Assembly: GCF_963921235.1 (NCBI RefSeq)
Contig: NC_086097.1
Coordinates: 222,644,001 to 222,708,000 of the forward strand
Direction: 5' to 3'
Source: Mobula hypostoma
Taxonomy: Eukaryota
Length of the DNA stretch: 64,000 nt
Shown in pieces: positions 13,170-25,100 of the stretch. Each line of letters opens with the position of its first letter. Position 1 is the stretch's first letter. The translations under genes were made by a program, and so were the position numbers. Below the pieces are notes generated by a model. That model was not told the origin of the DNA. It was given only the letters and a program-made list of their open reading frames with translations, and made no database searches.

Positions 13170-15805
13170 GGTATCAAGGAGATGGATGGAGTCTGGCACT
13201 GAACAGCAAACTTTGCACAATTTGCAGCGATTCAAATCGATGGATTTACTATACACCGTCAGGATAGATCTATTGTCTCACAAAAGCAGAGGTGGAGGAG
13301 TATGCCTCATGATCAACTCCTCTTGGTGCACAAATATATCAGTGCTGTCCCAATTCTGCTCACCAGACCTGGAAATCTCACAGTTAAGTACTGTCCATTT
13401 TACCTACCATGGGAGATTTTTGTGACATTTTGTAGCAGTATACATTCCACCTCAGGCCAATGTCAGTTAGGCTTTAGATGTTCTGAGCAATGGTATCAGC
13501 ATGCACGAAACAGCGCACCCAAACGCCTTCAACATCGCTTTGGGAGATTTTAGCCAGGCCAGTCTGAAAAAATTACTAAGCAATTACCATCAACAGACTA
13601 CTTGCAATGGCAGAGGCATCGACACACTGGACCATTGCTACACCACTATAAAGAATGCCTACCATGCTGTTCCATGCCTTCCAGAAGTCTGATCACCTGG
13701 CTGTACTTCTACTCCCTGAGTATAGGCAGAGACTGAAGACTGCAGCACCAGTAGTGAGGACCAAGAAGGTATGCACAAGGGAAGCACAGGAGTGCTTACA
13801 GGGCTGCTTTGAATCAGTGGACTGGACGATATTCAGGGATTCATCTTCGAATCTGGATGAGAATGCAGCAGTTGTTACCATCTTCATTAAAACTTGTGTG
13901 AATGAGCGTGTGCCTACAAAGACTTGCTGTACATTCCCAAACCAAAAGCCGTGGATGAACCAGGAGGTACATCGCCTGCTGAAGGCTAGATCTGTGGCAT
14001 TCAAGGCTGGCAAACCAGGTCTGTACCAGAAAACTAGGTATGACTTGCAGAGCGCTATTTCAAGGGCGAAGAAACAATTTCAAACGAAGTTAGAGGCAAC
14101 ATCAGATGTACGACAACTCCGGCAGAGTTTGCAAGACATTACCTCCTACAAAGTGAAACCCAATAGTATGAATGGCAACGATGCTTCACTACCAGATGAA
14201 CTCAACGCTTTCTATGCCTCTTTGAAGGGGAGAACACAACTACAGCTGTGAAGATCCCTGCTGCACCTGGTGACCCTGTGATCTCTGTCTCAGAGGCCAA
14301 TGTCAGGCTGCCTTTAAAGAAGGTGAACCCTTTCAAGATGGAAGGTCTCGACGGAGTACCTGGTAAGGCACTGAAAACCTGTGCCAACCAACTGTCGGGA
14401 GTATTCAAGGGTATTTTCAACCTCTCACTGTTACGGGCAGAAGTTCCCACTTGCTTCAAAAAGGCAACAATTATTAGGCAACAGTGCCTAAGAAGAATAA
14501 CGTGAGCTGCCTTAATGACTATCACCCGGTAGCACTCACATCCCACACACATCAAGGTTGCTGGTGAACTCAGCAGGTCAGGCAGCATCTCTAGGAAAAG
14601 GCACAGTCATCTACAGTGATAAAATGCTTTGAGAGGTTGATCGTGACTAGACTGAACTCCTGCAAGGACCTGGATCCATTGCAATTTGCCTATCGCCACA
14701 ATAGGTCAACAGCAAATGCAATCTCAATGGCTCTTCACATGGCTTTAGACCACCTGGACAACACAAACACCTATGTCAGGATCCTGTTCACTGACTGTAG
14801 CTCAGCATTTAAGACGATCATTCCCACAATCCTGATCTGGAAGTTACAGAACCTGGGCCTCTGTACCTCCCTCTGCAATTGGATCCTCAACTTCCTAACT
14901 GGAAGACCACAATTTGTGCGGATTGGTGATAATATCTCCTCCTTCCTGACGATCAACACTGATGCAACTTAGGGGTGTGTGCTTAGCCCACTGCTCTACT
15001 CTCTCTATACCCATGACTGTGTGGCTGGGCATAGCTCAAATACCATCTGTAAATTTGTGGATGATACAACCATTGTTGGTAGAATCTCAGATGGAGATGA
15101 GAGGGTGTACAGGAGTGAGATATGCCAACTAGTGGAGTAGTGTCACAGCAACAATCTTGAACTCAACATCAATAAGATGAAAGAGCTGATTGTAGACTTC
15201 AGGAAGGGTAAGACGAAGGAACACATACCGATTCTCATAGAGGGATCAGAAGTGGAGAGAGTGAACAGTTTCAAGTTCCTGGGTGTCAAGATATCTGAGG
15301 ACCTAACCTGGTCCCAACATATCGAGGCAGCTATAAAGAAGGCAAGACAGCGACTATAGAAGTTTGAAGAGATTTGGTATGTCAACAAAAACACTCAAAA
15401 ACTTCTATAGATGTACCGTGGAGAGCCTTCTGACCGGCAGCATCACTGTCTGGTATGGAGGGGCTACTGTACAGGATCGAAAGAAGCTGCAGAAGGTTGT
15501 AAATTTAGTCAGCTCCATTTTGGGTCCTAGCCTACAAAGTAGCCAGGACACCTTCAAGGAGCAGTGTCTCAGAAAGGCAGTGTCCATTATTAAGGACCTC
15601 CAGCACACAGGGCATGCCCTTTTCTCACTGATACCATCAGGTAGGAGGTGCAGAAACCTGAAGACACACACTCAGCGATTCAGGAACAGCTTCTTCCCCT
15701 TTGCCACCAATTCCTAAATGGACATTGAACCCGTGAACACTACCTCACTTTTTTAATACATATTATTTCTGTTTTTGCATGAATTTTAATCTATTCAATA
15801 TATGT
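13170..15805 (+). mobile_element. Rex1/Babar LINE, frameshifted APE endonuclease plus RT
   Basis: Motifs [42 protein letters not shown] and HTQRFRNSFFP occur in order across broken frames. Confidence 0.92.
14543..14608 (-). repeat. 66-bp PLE-terminus insertion inside the Rex1 LINE
   Basis: It interrupts gcactcacatc|tacagtgat with an (c)atc duplication; the reverse strand matches 53492-53558. Confidence 0.8.
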
Positions 15806-15825
15806 CAAAGGTCATATATTGAAAA

Positions 15826-15910
15826 GCATCATAAGTCTCCAGGACTCGATGAGATGTACCTCAGGCTACAGCGGGAGGTGAGGGAGGAGATTGCTGAGCC
15901 TCTGGCGATG
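15826..15910 (+). mobile_element. Short CR1 ORF2 fragment
   Basis: Similar to 48170-48250 (DKSPG...EEIAEPL). Confidence 0.7.
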
Positions 15911-17070
15911 GAACATTGAGCTCCAGTCCTGCTCTTCCTGCAACCAACTCTCACTAATGGCTATAATGTCATAATTCCATGTGCTGATCTATCCACCTTT
16001 CCTACAATACTCCTTGCATTGAAATAAACACATCTCAGAACATTAGTCCCACCATGCTCAACTTTTTGACTCCTAACTTTGTATGTAGGCTTAACAACAT
16101 CTTTCTCCATAACTACTCAATTTTCTGTTCTGACACTCTGGTTCCAATCCCCCTGCAACTCTTAATTTAAGCCACCGAACACCCCCCAGGGCAGCATTGA
16201 CAAACCTTCCTGCTGGGATATTAGCCCTCTCCAGTTCAGGTGCAAACTGTCCCTTCTGTACAGGTCCCACCTTCCCTGGAAGAAACCCAATAATTCAAAA
16301 AATCCTGCACCAACTCCTTGGCCACATGTTAAAGTGTATGATCTTCCAATTTCTGGCCTTATTAGCACGTGGCACGCATAGCAATCCTGAGATCACAATT
16401 CTGGAAGTCCTGTCCTTTAATTTAGCACCTAACTTCCTGAACTCACTTTACAGGACCTCGTCACCCATCCTACCCATGTCATTGTTACTGATGTGGACCA
16501 CAACCTCTGGCTGCTCACCCTCCCACTTAAGAATGCTGGGGACTTATCCAAGATGTCCCTGACCCTGATACCCAGGAGGCAACATACCATCTGGAAATCT
16601 CGTTCTCCTCCACAGAAGCTCCTTTCTGTTACCCTAACCAATTCTTACCAGTCCAGCTCTTGCAACCCCCTCCCACCTTCCCTTATGAGCCTGAGCCTGA
16701 GCCTGCCAGGGACCTGACCACTGTGGCTTTCCTATGCTAGGTCCACCCCCCCAAACAGTATCCAAAGCAGAGTACCTGTTATTGGGGGAATGGCCACAGG
16801 GGTACTCTGCACTGGCTGCCTACACCATTTCCCCCTGCTGATGGTCACCCAGTTACCCATGTCTACATCTTGGGCATAACTACCTCCCTGTATATTCTGC
16901 CTGTCATCCCTCAGCCTCCCAAGTGATCCAGAGTTCATCTAGTTCCAGCTCCAACTCCTTAACGTGGTTTGTTAGGAGCTCCAGCTGGATGCACCTTTTT
17001 GCAGGTGTAGTCATCAGGGACACTGGAGGTCTCCTTGTCTTCCGACATCCCGCAAGAAGATTATTTCATC
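15911..17070 (-). mobile_element. CR1 5' region: ORF1 with SGNH esterase-like domain and start of ORF2, degenerate
   Basis: Minus ORFs include WDLYRRDSLHLNWRG and MVCCLLGIRVRDI, typical of CR1 ORF1 esterase. Confidence 0.75.
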
Positions 17071-17429
17071 TGGCTTCCCCTCTGCTATAAATGTGTAATA
17101 AAATGAAAGAATAAATACTGAAAAAAAAACTTTAACCATGGTCTATGCCTCTTATTGCTGAAGCCTTGATGAGCCAAAGCCTAAACTCCACACTCCAGTA
17201 CTGGCCCGCTCACATAATGGCCACTCCCACAAAGGCCGCAACACTTCACCCTAACTTCTTTGTGTTTATCCTTGCCAAGTGCCTAATTATGCACAATCAA
17301 ATGTTTCCTCAGAAACTGTAACGCAAAATGTGCTGACTGCCCCGATCGCTTTTTCAAAACTCTGTCTCCCTCTACACAAACTAATGTCTCCATGGGACTA
17401 TGGCATACAAAATAAAGATATGTGATGTG

Positions 17430-17745
17430 GGACCTAAAGCTCCAGTACCTCCTTCCCAATGGCAGCAGCAAGAATAGAGAATGTCCTGGATGGTGGAGGT
17501 CCTTGATGATGGATGCTGCTTTCTTTCCTTGTAGATGTGCTCAAATGATGGGGAGGGAATTTCCTGTGATGGACTGGGCTGTATCCACCACTGTATGTTG
17601 GCTTTTCCATTTCTGGACATCGGTGTTTCCATACCAGGCCATGATGCAACCAGTCAGGATACTCACCACTCTGCATCTATGGATGTTTGTCAGGGTTTTA
17701 GATGACACGCCAAATTGCGCAACCTTCTAAGAAAGTAGAGGCTCT
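17430..17745 (-). mobile_element. Rex1/Babar 3' ORF fragment
   Basis: The reverse strand matches 15400-15690. Confidence 0.8.
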
Positions 17746-18924
17746 ATAATTCTCCTTCTGTAAAAATCAGTCGCTTTCCACAACCCACACTATATCTACA
17801 TGAATAGTCATTGTATTAGAGTAATATGCATTTTAGCTTTACATTGTGTGACCAAGTGGACTCTGAGATGCTCAGGTATAGGACTGGAGTATATGGGGAA
17901 TTGGGGCTGTGGTTACTGGCAACAAGTTAGATGCAGCATTCATGGACAGCTGAAGTAGGAACTCATTTAAAAAGTTCCTTCTACGTATAGAACCCATATT
18001 TGTAAATATCTGTTGCTTGAAACATCTCTAGAAAGCTCCGTTGCTAAACATATGAGATTTGAAGAGCTTGTGGTCTGAAATTTTTATACCAGGCCTGGTG
18101 ACAAGTCAGTGTTGCACCTGATGGACGTGGCAATCTGCCTTGTCCTATGTTCTTCCAGCAGAGGTTTAGTAGGTGCGCTACAAATATGAGCATGCTTTGT
18201 GGACACCATTTGGAGCAGTAAAAGCACAGGTAATGCTCAATACAACAGGCATAACTGGGGTCCATTTCGCACTGAACTTCATTAAACAGTTTATTTTGTG
18301 GGAAATTTGTCACAAAATTGAATGTATTCTCTCATTTTTCATAATGGCATTGATATTTTTATTGTTAATCACAGAATAATTATTTGAATAATCCCAGTGA
18401 AATTTTATTTAATGACATTGTTGGTATTGATGTATCTCATTAGTGTCTAGCCATTACATGGAGTACAGTGTGAAAATTGAAGTCATTTTTTAAATTTTGA
18501 AAACAATGGAAGCCTTAATATCAATGTACACAATATAAATGTGTTTATGCATTGTACATGACACTTCAACTTTTACTTATGCAGTATGCAAATGAAACCC
18601 GCACCCTATTTGCTTCACTGCAGCTGTCATCCATCATCATGTTCTCTATTAACTAATGTCACTTAAGATGCATGATTTTATTTTCATAAGAATCAAAATA
18701 AGGCAATTGTATTCTTTTGATTATTATTTTTTCCAGTGTAGTGCAGTTGAAGTATCGAATGTAGCAGTGCTGAAAAATACTGTGAGATATTATTGTAGGC
18801 ACTTCTCATCATTCCTTTCAGGGGTGTCCCTTTGGGTATTCCATTCACTAGTAGAGCCTATTCAGTAATGCAGCCTTATTCATTAATTTTTTGACTCTCT
18901 GTACAGAGTCAACCCATGTAAGGC

Positions 18925-20430
18925 AGTCAGGTCAGACAACATTCCAGGCTGAGTACTCAGGGAGTGTGCACACCAGCTTACTGACATCTTCACAGCCATC
19001 TTCACTCTTCCATGCTGCTGTCCCCTCATGCTTCAAATCAGTCACCATTATTCCTGTACCAAAGAACTCTATACCTTCAGAACTAAACAACTACCACCCA
19101 GTAGCATGATGCCAAGCATCATGAAGTACTTTGAATGGCTGGTAATGGGACATATCAAACTTCTACTCTTGTCACTTTGGACAATCACCAATATGCTTAC
19201 CGACAGAGCCGCTCTACGACAAATGCTATATCATTTGTCTTGCACCTGGCCCTGACACACCTAGCAAACAAGGATAAGAATGTCAGAATGTTGTTTCTGG
19301 ATTTCATTTTGGCATTCAACACTATTGTCTCACAGACCTTGGTGAACAAACTCCTTCCCCTTTGTCTGAATGCACCACTGCGCAACTGGGTGTTGGACTT
19401 CCTAACCAACAAACCTCAGATAGTCGGAATGCACAACTCCTCCTTTCCCATCAACATCAGCAGGGGTGACCCCCAGGGCTGTGTGCTGTGTACATTGTTC
19501 ACACATGACTGCATGGCCAAACACTCAAGTAATGATATTGTCAAGTTTGCTGATGACATGACAGTGTTGGGCACAATGATGAGATGGGCTATAGAAAAGA
19601 GATGGAAGAGCTCAAGTCCTGGTGCCAGGCAATCAACCTATTCCAATATCAATAAGACAAAGGAGATGGTTATCAACTTCAGGAGATCCCATACCACTCA
19701 CAATCCTCTTTACATCAGAGACACAGCAGTGGAAACTTACGCAACCTCTCCTGCTACTAGAACACAACAAGGAAAACTCAACGACTCCTCTGCTTTCTGA
19801 GGAGGCCAAAGAGAGCTGGAGAATGCTCAGGTCACTCTACAGATGCAGAGTAGAGAGCATCCTTACAAGCTGCATCTCTGCATGGTACAGAAACACCACG
19901 GTGCAGGGAAGGCTCTACAATGGGTCGTCAAAACTGCCCAATGCCTCACCAGCACCACCCTGTCTCCCATCAAGGACATATATACAGAAATATGCTGATA
20001 AAGAACCAGTAGCATCATAAAGGATCCCACCCAACTTGCTCATGAACTGTTTGTCCCATTCCCATCACGGGGGAAGCTACGTAGCATCCACCGCGGGACC
20101 ACCAGACTCAAAAACAGTTACTTTCCCCAAGTGCTCAGGCTGATCAACACCTCCACCCACTAACCCACCCCATCGCACCCCCAACTACCACTACTTCATC
20201 ATCTCCTGTTGGTCATCTTGTGTGCAGACACTCCTGTGCCTAGCATCGCTTTATGGACGTATAATATTATGTAAGCAATCTTATCTATTTATGTTTATTC
20301 TGTTTTTTTTATTGTTGTGTTCTTTATCTTATTGTGGTTTTGTGCTGTATTGGATCCAAAGTAACCACTATTTCATTCTCCTTTACACTTGTGTACTGGA
20401 AATGACATTAAACAATCTTAAATTTTGAAT
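18925..20430 (+). mobile_element. Rex1/Babar LINE RT region plus 3' UTR, degenerate
   Basis: HQYAYRQSRSTTNAI, GDPQGCVL and KFADD motifs; ends attaaacaatcttaaattttgaatc. Confidence 0.88.
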
Positions 20431-20664
20431 CGTGCATTCACAATATGCGCTGTGAAGCTGAGACATTTAATTTCTAAGTTCACGCTGTTACATATTAATA
20501 AATACACACTGTCACTCTTGTCAATGTCAAAATTTAAAGCCAAAATGTTAAAACTAATGTTTTTCGGTTGTTGGAAAACCAAGTTCTCTCTCTCTCCAAC
20601 TCTCCAGCTATTAGAAGCTTCCATGCATAATGCTGCAAAACCAGCAGCGCATCCTGATGGTAAT

Positions 20665-20822
20665 TTTATTTTATTTTAGGTACAGCTCGGTAACAGGTCC
20701 TTCTGGCCCAGCGAGCACATGCCACCCAATTACATGCATATGACCAATTTATCGACTAACCCGTACATTTTTGGAATGTGGGAGGAAACCAGAGCACCTG
20801 GAGGAAACCCATGAGGTCACTT
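20665..20822 (-). mobile_element. SINE fragment (HE1/V-SINE-like) about 75 bp upstream of the KCNB2 acceptor
   Basis: tgtgggaggaaaccagagcacctggaggaaaccca is shared with 7236-7441 and 11210-11435. Confidence 0.7.
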
Positions 20823-20869
20823 AAAGCCAATCTAGCTTTAAAATAAATGATGTGAAATTTTCTGAATAA

Positions 20870-20896
20870 TTCTTTATGTTCTGTTGTATCTTGCAG
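20870..20896 (+). promoter_or_regulatory. 3' splice site (pyrimidine-rich tract plus AG) of the large KCNB2 intron
   Basis: ttctttatgttctgttgtatcttgcAG lies directly before the phase-0 codon ATT. Confidence 0.9.
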
Positions 20897-22978
20897 ATTT
20901 TGGCCATCGTTTCCATCTTGTTCATTGTGTTGTCAACAATTGCCTTGTCTCTCAACACACTTCCTGAACTTCAGGACATGGATGAGTTTGGACAAGCCAA
21001 CGACAACCCACAACTTGCCCACGTTGAAGCAGTATGCATCGCATGGTTCACAATGGAGTACCTTTTACGTTTCTTATCCTCGCCAAATAAGTGGAAATTT
21101 TTTAAAGGCCCATTGAATGTAATTGATCTTCTGGCCGTCCTGCCATATTATATTACAATTTTTCTCACAGAGTCAAACAAGAGCGTGCTCCAATTCCAAA
21201 ATGTTAGGCGAGTTGTTCAAATATTCCGTATCATGAGGATATTGAGAATTCTTAAACTAGCCCGACATTCAACGGGACTCCAGTCACTCGGCTTTACTCT
21301 CAGGCGAAGCTATAATGAATTAGGTTTGCTGATATTGTTTTTGGCTATGGGCATTATGATATTTTCAAGCTTGGTATTTTTTGCTGAAAAGGATGAAGAT
21401 GCAACCAAATTTACAAGTATTCCTGCATCTTTCTGGTGGGCAACTATCACTATGACAACAGTGGGATATGGAGACATCTATCCCAAAACACTATTAGGCA
21501 AAATAGTTGGAGGACTTTGCTGCATTGCGGGAGTCTTGGTGATAGCTCTGCCTATACCAATCATTGTAAACAACTTCTCCGAGTTTTACAAAGAGCAAAA
21601 AAGACAAGAGAAAGCAATTAAGAGAAGAGAAGCCCTCGAAAGAGCCAAAAGAAATGGGAGTATTGTTTCCATGAACTTGAAAGATGCATTTGCTCGCAGT
21701 ATGGAACTAATGGATGTTGTTGTTGACAAAGGGGCTGATAATATGATTAAACATGAAAAACACACAGACAATCATCTTTCACCAAGTAACTGGAAATGGG
21801 CGATTTCTGAAACAAACTTCAATAAGTCTTTGGAGTCTAAGTATCAGGAACTAGGCCAGCATTACTCAAGCAAGCAGTTAAATAACCCCTCCCCCAGCCC
21901 ACAGCATCTAAATGCTCAGAAGCTGGAAGAAATGTACAATCAAATGACAAAGGCACAATCTCAGCCAAATCTTAATAGTGACAAGCCAGAAGTATCTATT
22001 AAATCTCCTGTTCATGAAGAAGAACTTGAAATGGATGTGATTCCTCGCTCAACTGACCCATTGCTGTCTGCTCCCATAGAACCAATACTGGACATGAGGA
22101 GCATATCTAGTATTGACAGCTTTGCTAGTTGTACCGCTGATTTTACTGAATCTGATAGGTTTCCACACCCTTCAAAAATGGCTGATCAAGCTCATCGGAG
22201 ATGGATCGCTGGCACTGGTCCTCTCAATGAGTATCAGACTGGAGATAACATTATGTTCAAAGATGGTTCTGGTGAAGTCAATAAAGGTTTCTACTTTGGG
22301 CAGCCAGTGTCCTCCAATTTAAACAGCACAGTGGAAAGTCCAAAGAGCTCAATAAAGGGTAAGAACCCTTTGAAATCTAGATCACTTAAGGTAAATTTTA
22401 TGGAAAATAAAAGTGGTACTCCTCAAACACCACCAAGTACTAGCAGACCACTGCCTGTGATAGTGACAGATGTATCATTATCTACACCTAAACATACCAG
22501 CGGCGTCCTGCTGGAGGAAAGCTCAATTCAGAGTGAGAGTCCCACTGTGATTACTGATGTACCAGCTTTCCACCAGATTTCCAGTAAAGGATCACCACAA
22601 CTATTGGCTAAACAAAAACTATTTGCTTTCCAAACGAGAGGGAGAAGGAGTTGCATTGACATGGACAGTGGTGAGGATGAAGAGTTGCTGGTGGAAGTAA
22701 AGACACAGCTCAATAGCCAGCAGGAATCCAGGCAGAACTGCTGTTCTGAAAGTCATGATAAGCATAGCCACAATGGAAACCACATTGAAGATGTGTCTGT
22801 AATGGGTGCTGTTTCTCCAAAACACTCTGGTAAAAACTGCACATCTAGTGCAGCAGGAGATAGCAAAATGGACAGTTTTGAAGCTGGGTACAAGATGGAA
22901 AATCATATGTTTACACCAGAAATTCATGTTAAACCTGGGGAAGGAGGTTATTCACCCTCTTGTGAAACCAGCATGTGA
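20897..22978 (+). CDS. KCNB2: Last coding exon of voltage-gated potassium channel Kv2.2 (S1-S6, pore and long C-terminus; 693 aa plus stop)
   Basis: Splice acceptor ttgcAG (20891-20896) is followed by [23 protein letters not shown], the conserved Kv2 exon start. The exon has S4 [14 protein letters not shown], filter TVGYGD, a PRC-like [15 protein letters not shown], and ends in ETSM* (Kv2.2-type rather than Kv2.1). The ORF-track ATG at 20876 is intronic. Confidence 0.96.
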   Translation: MLAIVSILFIVLSTIALSLNTLPELQDMDEFGQANDNPQLAHVEAVCIAWFTMEYLLRFLSSPNKWKFFKGPLNVIDLLAVLPYYITIFLTESNKSVLQFQNVRRVVQIFRIMRILRILKLARHSTGLQSLGFTLRRSYNELGLLILFLAMGIMIFSSLVFFAEKDEDATKFTSIPASFWWATITMTTVGYGDIYPKTLLGKIVGGLCCIAGVLVIALPIPIIVNNFSEFYKEQKRQEKAIKRREALERAKRNGSIVSMNLKDAFARSMELMDVVVDKGADNMIKHEKHTDNHLSPSNWKWAISETNFNKSLESKYQELGQHYSSKQLNNPSPSPQHLNAQKLEEMYNQMTKAQSQPNLNSDKPEVSIKSPVHEEELEMDVIPRSTDPLLSAPIEPILDMRSISSIDSFASCTADFTESDRFPHPSKMADQAHRRWIAGTGPLNEYQTGDNIMFKDGSGEVNKGFYFGQPVSSNLNSTVESPKSSIKGKNPLKSRSLKVNFMENKSGTPQTPPSTSRPLPVIVTDVSLSTPKHTSGVLLEESSIQSESPTVITDVPAFHQISSKGSPQLLAKQKLFAFQTRGRRSCIDMDSGEDEELLVEVKTQLNSQQESRQNCCSESHDKHSHNGNHIEDVSVMGAVSPKHSGKNCTSSAAGDSKMDSFEAGYKMENHMFTPEIHVKPGEGGYSPSCETSM

Positions 22979-25100
22979 CTAAGGAAAAAGTAATAATAAT
23001 TTTTTCTGATTCTTTAGAATTCTAATAAGAAAATGAAATGGCATAATTTATGCCTACAGTATTTTTGCATGGCATGGTGAATCTTTTAATCCAGCTGCTG
23101 TTTGACTCAAACTGTGAGAGACTGCATCTCTGCAGATAAGGAATTGGAGAATAGCATTAAAAAATAAGGCTTCCAAGTGGAGCCCATGTATTGTAAAGTT
23201 TGGAGATGTTTTCAACTTTTCTCTAGTAAGACTAGAATCATTTTATGCTACCACAGATTCATTACACTAGAATATGTTAGGATTTGCACAAAGGAAGGGC
23301 AGGATGTACATGCATGCATTAGGAACTGATGTGAAACAGAGGTGCTTAGAGCCTGTAAAATATAATTATTTGTAAATAGTCGGGAATATGCCAAGAACTC
23401 AAGAAATCAAGCAATTGCAGAAAACAATTATTCTGATGCACACTTATTCCCTTCACAGTGCACTGCCTGGAGGAGGTTTATAAAGTCTTGTTGCAAAGTT
23501 GCAACAATTACATCAGCCTGGAGTTTCCTCCTGATTTGTCACCAGATATATATACAATCTGGGTACAAGTAAATGGAAATGCATAAAAGGTCCCATTTTT
23601 TAACAAATGGCTTATGCTTGTAAATGCAATACATCAAAAATACTGTAATCCTTAAAGAATACATTGATCCTTGGGTATCCCTGAACAAGTTCTGCTCTAT
23701 AAAGGCATAGGAAACTGTAGATGTGGGAATCTGGATCCAAAATGACCTAAGTCATCAATAATTCCTTTCCAACCACAGTTGCCACTTGACCCGCTGAGTT
23801 CTTTAAGCAGATTTTTTTTTCTGCTCTATAAATCTGCTCATTCATTCATCCTTCACCAAACAAGCAAGTTTCAGTCCATTGCGTTTGTTCAGAGGTGTGG
23901 TGATTCGTGACATAATGGCCAGACTTGAAAACATGCACACATCAATCACTTCATGAATCTTTCAAAAACTTGCTGATTAACTGCGATCTGTGGTGAATTA
24001 AATTCCTGGACATGCCCAACTGCTCCAGGTTTAATTCACCTTTATAAAAATTTGAAGAGTGACTCATTTTCTGGCTATTCCTCTGCAAGGAAGGAAATGT
24101 TAAAATACTCCATACTTTTTGCAATACAATTTAATTACTGTGACAGAAAGATCACTGCTGCTTACTACATAGTCTCAAACCTCACTTTGAGGGGAATATC
24201 TTTTCCTCTTTTTTTTGTCACAAGGCCACATTGATTCAAATGGAATCATGAATCAATTAGACCAGTTGACTATGCTGAATCTCTTGGAAATTTGCATTTT
24301 AGCTTAGTTTCAGTCAAAATTTGAGGTCATTTTCACCTGGTGCCTGATAGTTGGAGCTCTGGGAGCATTTTGGACACAGATATCCTTTTGTGCTTATTGG
24401 AGGAAATTCCAGGACATCCATTTCATTCTATTCTGATTGTGTAAATGTTCATTAAAAATGGGACAGAAACTATTTTCCTTAGGCTATATTTATTTGTAAT
24501 AAAAATATTAAGTTAAGATTTGCACAAATCTGTTATTTATTATATTTTTGTTAAACCTTGTTTTTGAAAGAATGGGGAGGATTTAATGACCAGGAATCAA
24601 AATGTGCAGCATTGAACTCTCACTGATTTATCTTATATTGGTACTTGCCAAATAGTCATTACAAATGGATAAACTGTATTTTTCTTGTCAGAATTCTATT
24701 TTTATGGGTTATTTGAATAATATATTTGTGTATTTTGGAAAGCCCTAGACTACAACAAAGGCTTTAAGGGTTTGAGGGCAATAATCATGCTCAGTTGCCC
24801 TTCTAAACATTTTAATGACTCCCAGGTTAGTGTTATGTCTGTTTGTGTGAATCTTGTCCAATACTAGAAACATAATCCATATTTCTCACTTCCACGAAAA
24901 TTGATGACTGATTAGAATTGAAACAATCTCCTGTACATTAGGAAATTTTCCAAAGGAGCCATCTGAAAATTTATTCTAGAGATTCCTGGTGTATGATCAT
25001 TAATTCTCATTATAGGGAGACATTTCCTCTCTGCAATTTGTGTAATAAAGCTGTAAAGCTGTTCATAATACACAGGTTTACTATTTGTTTTTACACATAA
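22979..25100 (+). other. Putative KCNB2 3' UTR with candidate poly(A) signals AATAAA at 24498-24503 and 25044-25049
   Basis: AT-rich, nearly repeat-free sequence follows the stop codon, and both hexamers are followed by T/GT-rich sequence. The true 3' end cannot be determined from sequence. Confidence 0.45.

Noticed and set aside
20876..20896. ATG start of the 700-aa ORF (MFCCILQ)
   Set aside because: It lies in the intron's pyrimidine tract and acceptor. The Kv2 N-terminal T1 domain is encoded by an upstream exon outside the window.
20897..22978. Assignment as KCNB1 (Kv2.1)
   Set aside because: Diagnostic residues ([25 protein letters not shown]-terminal ETSM) match Kv2.2.
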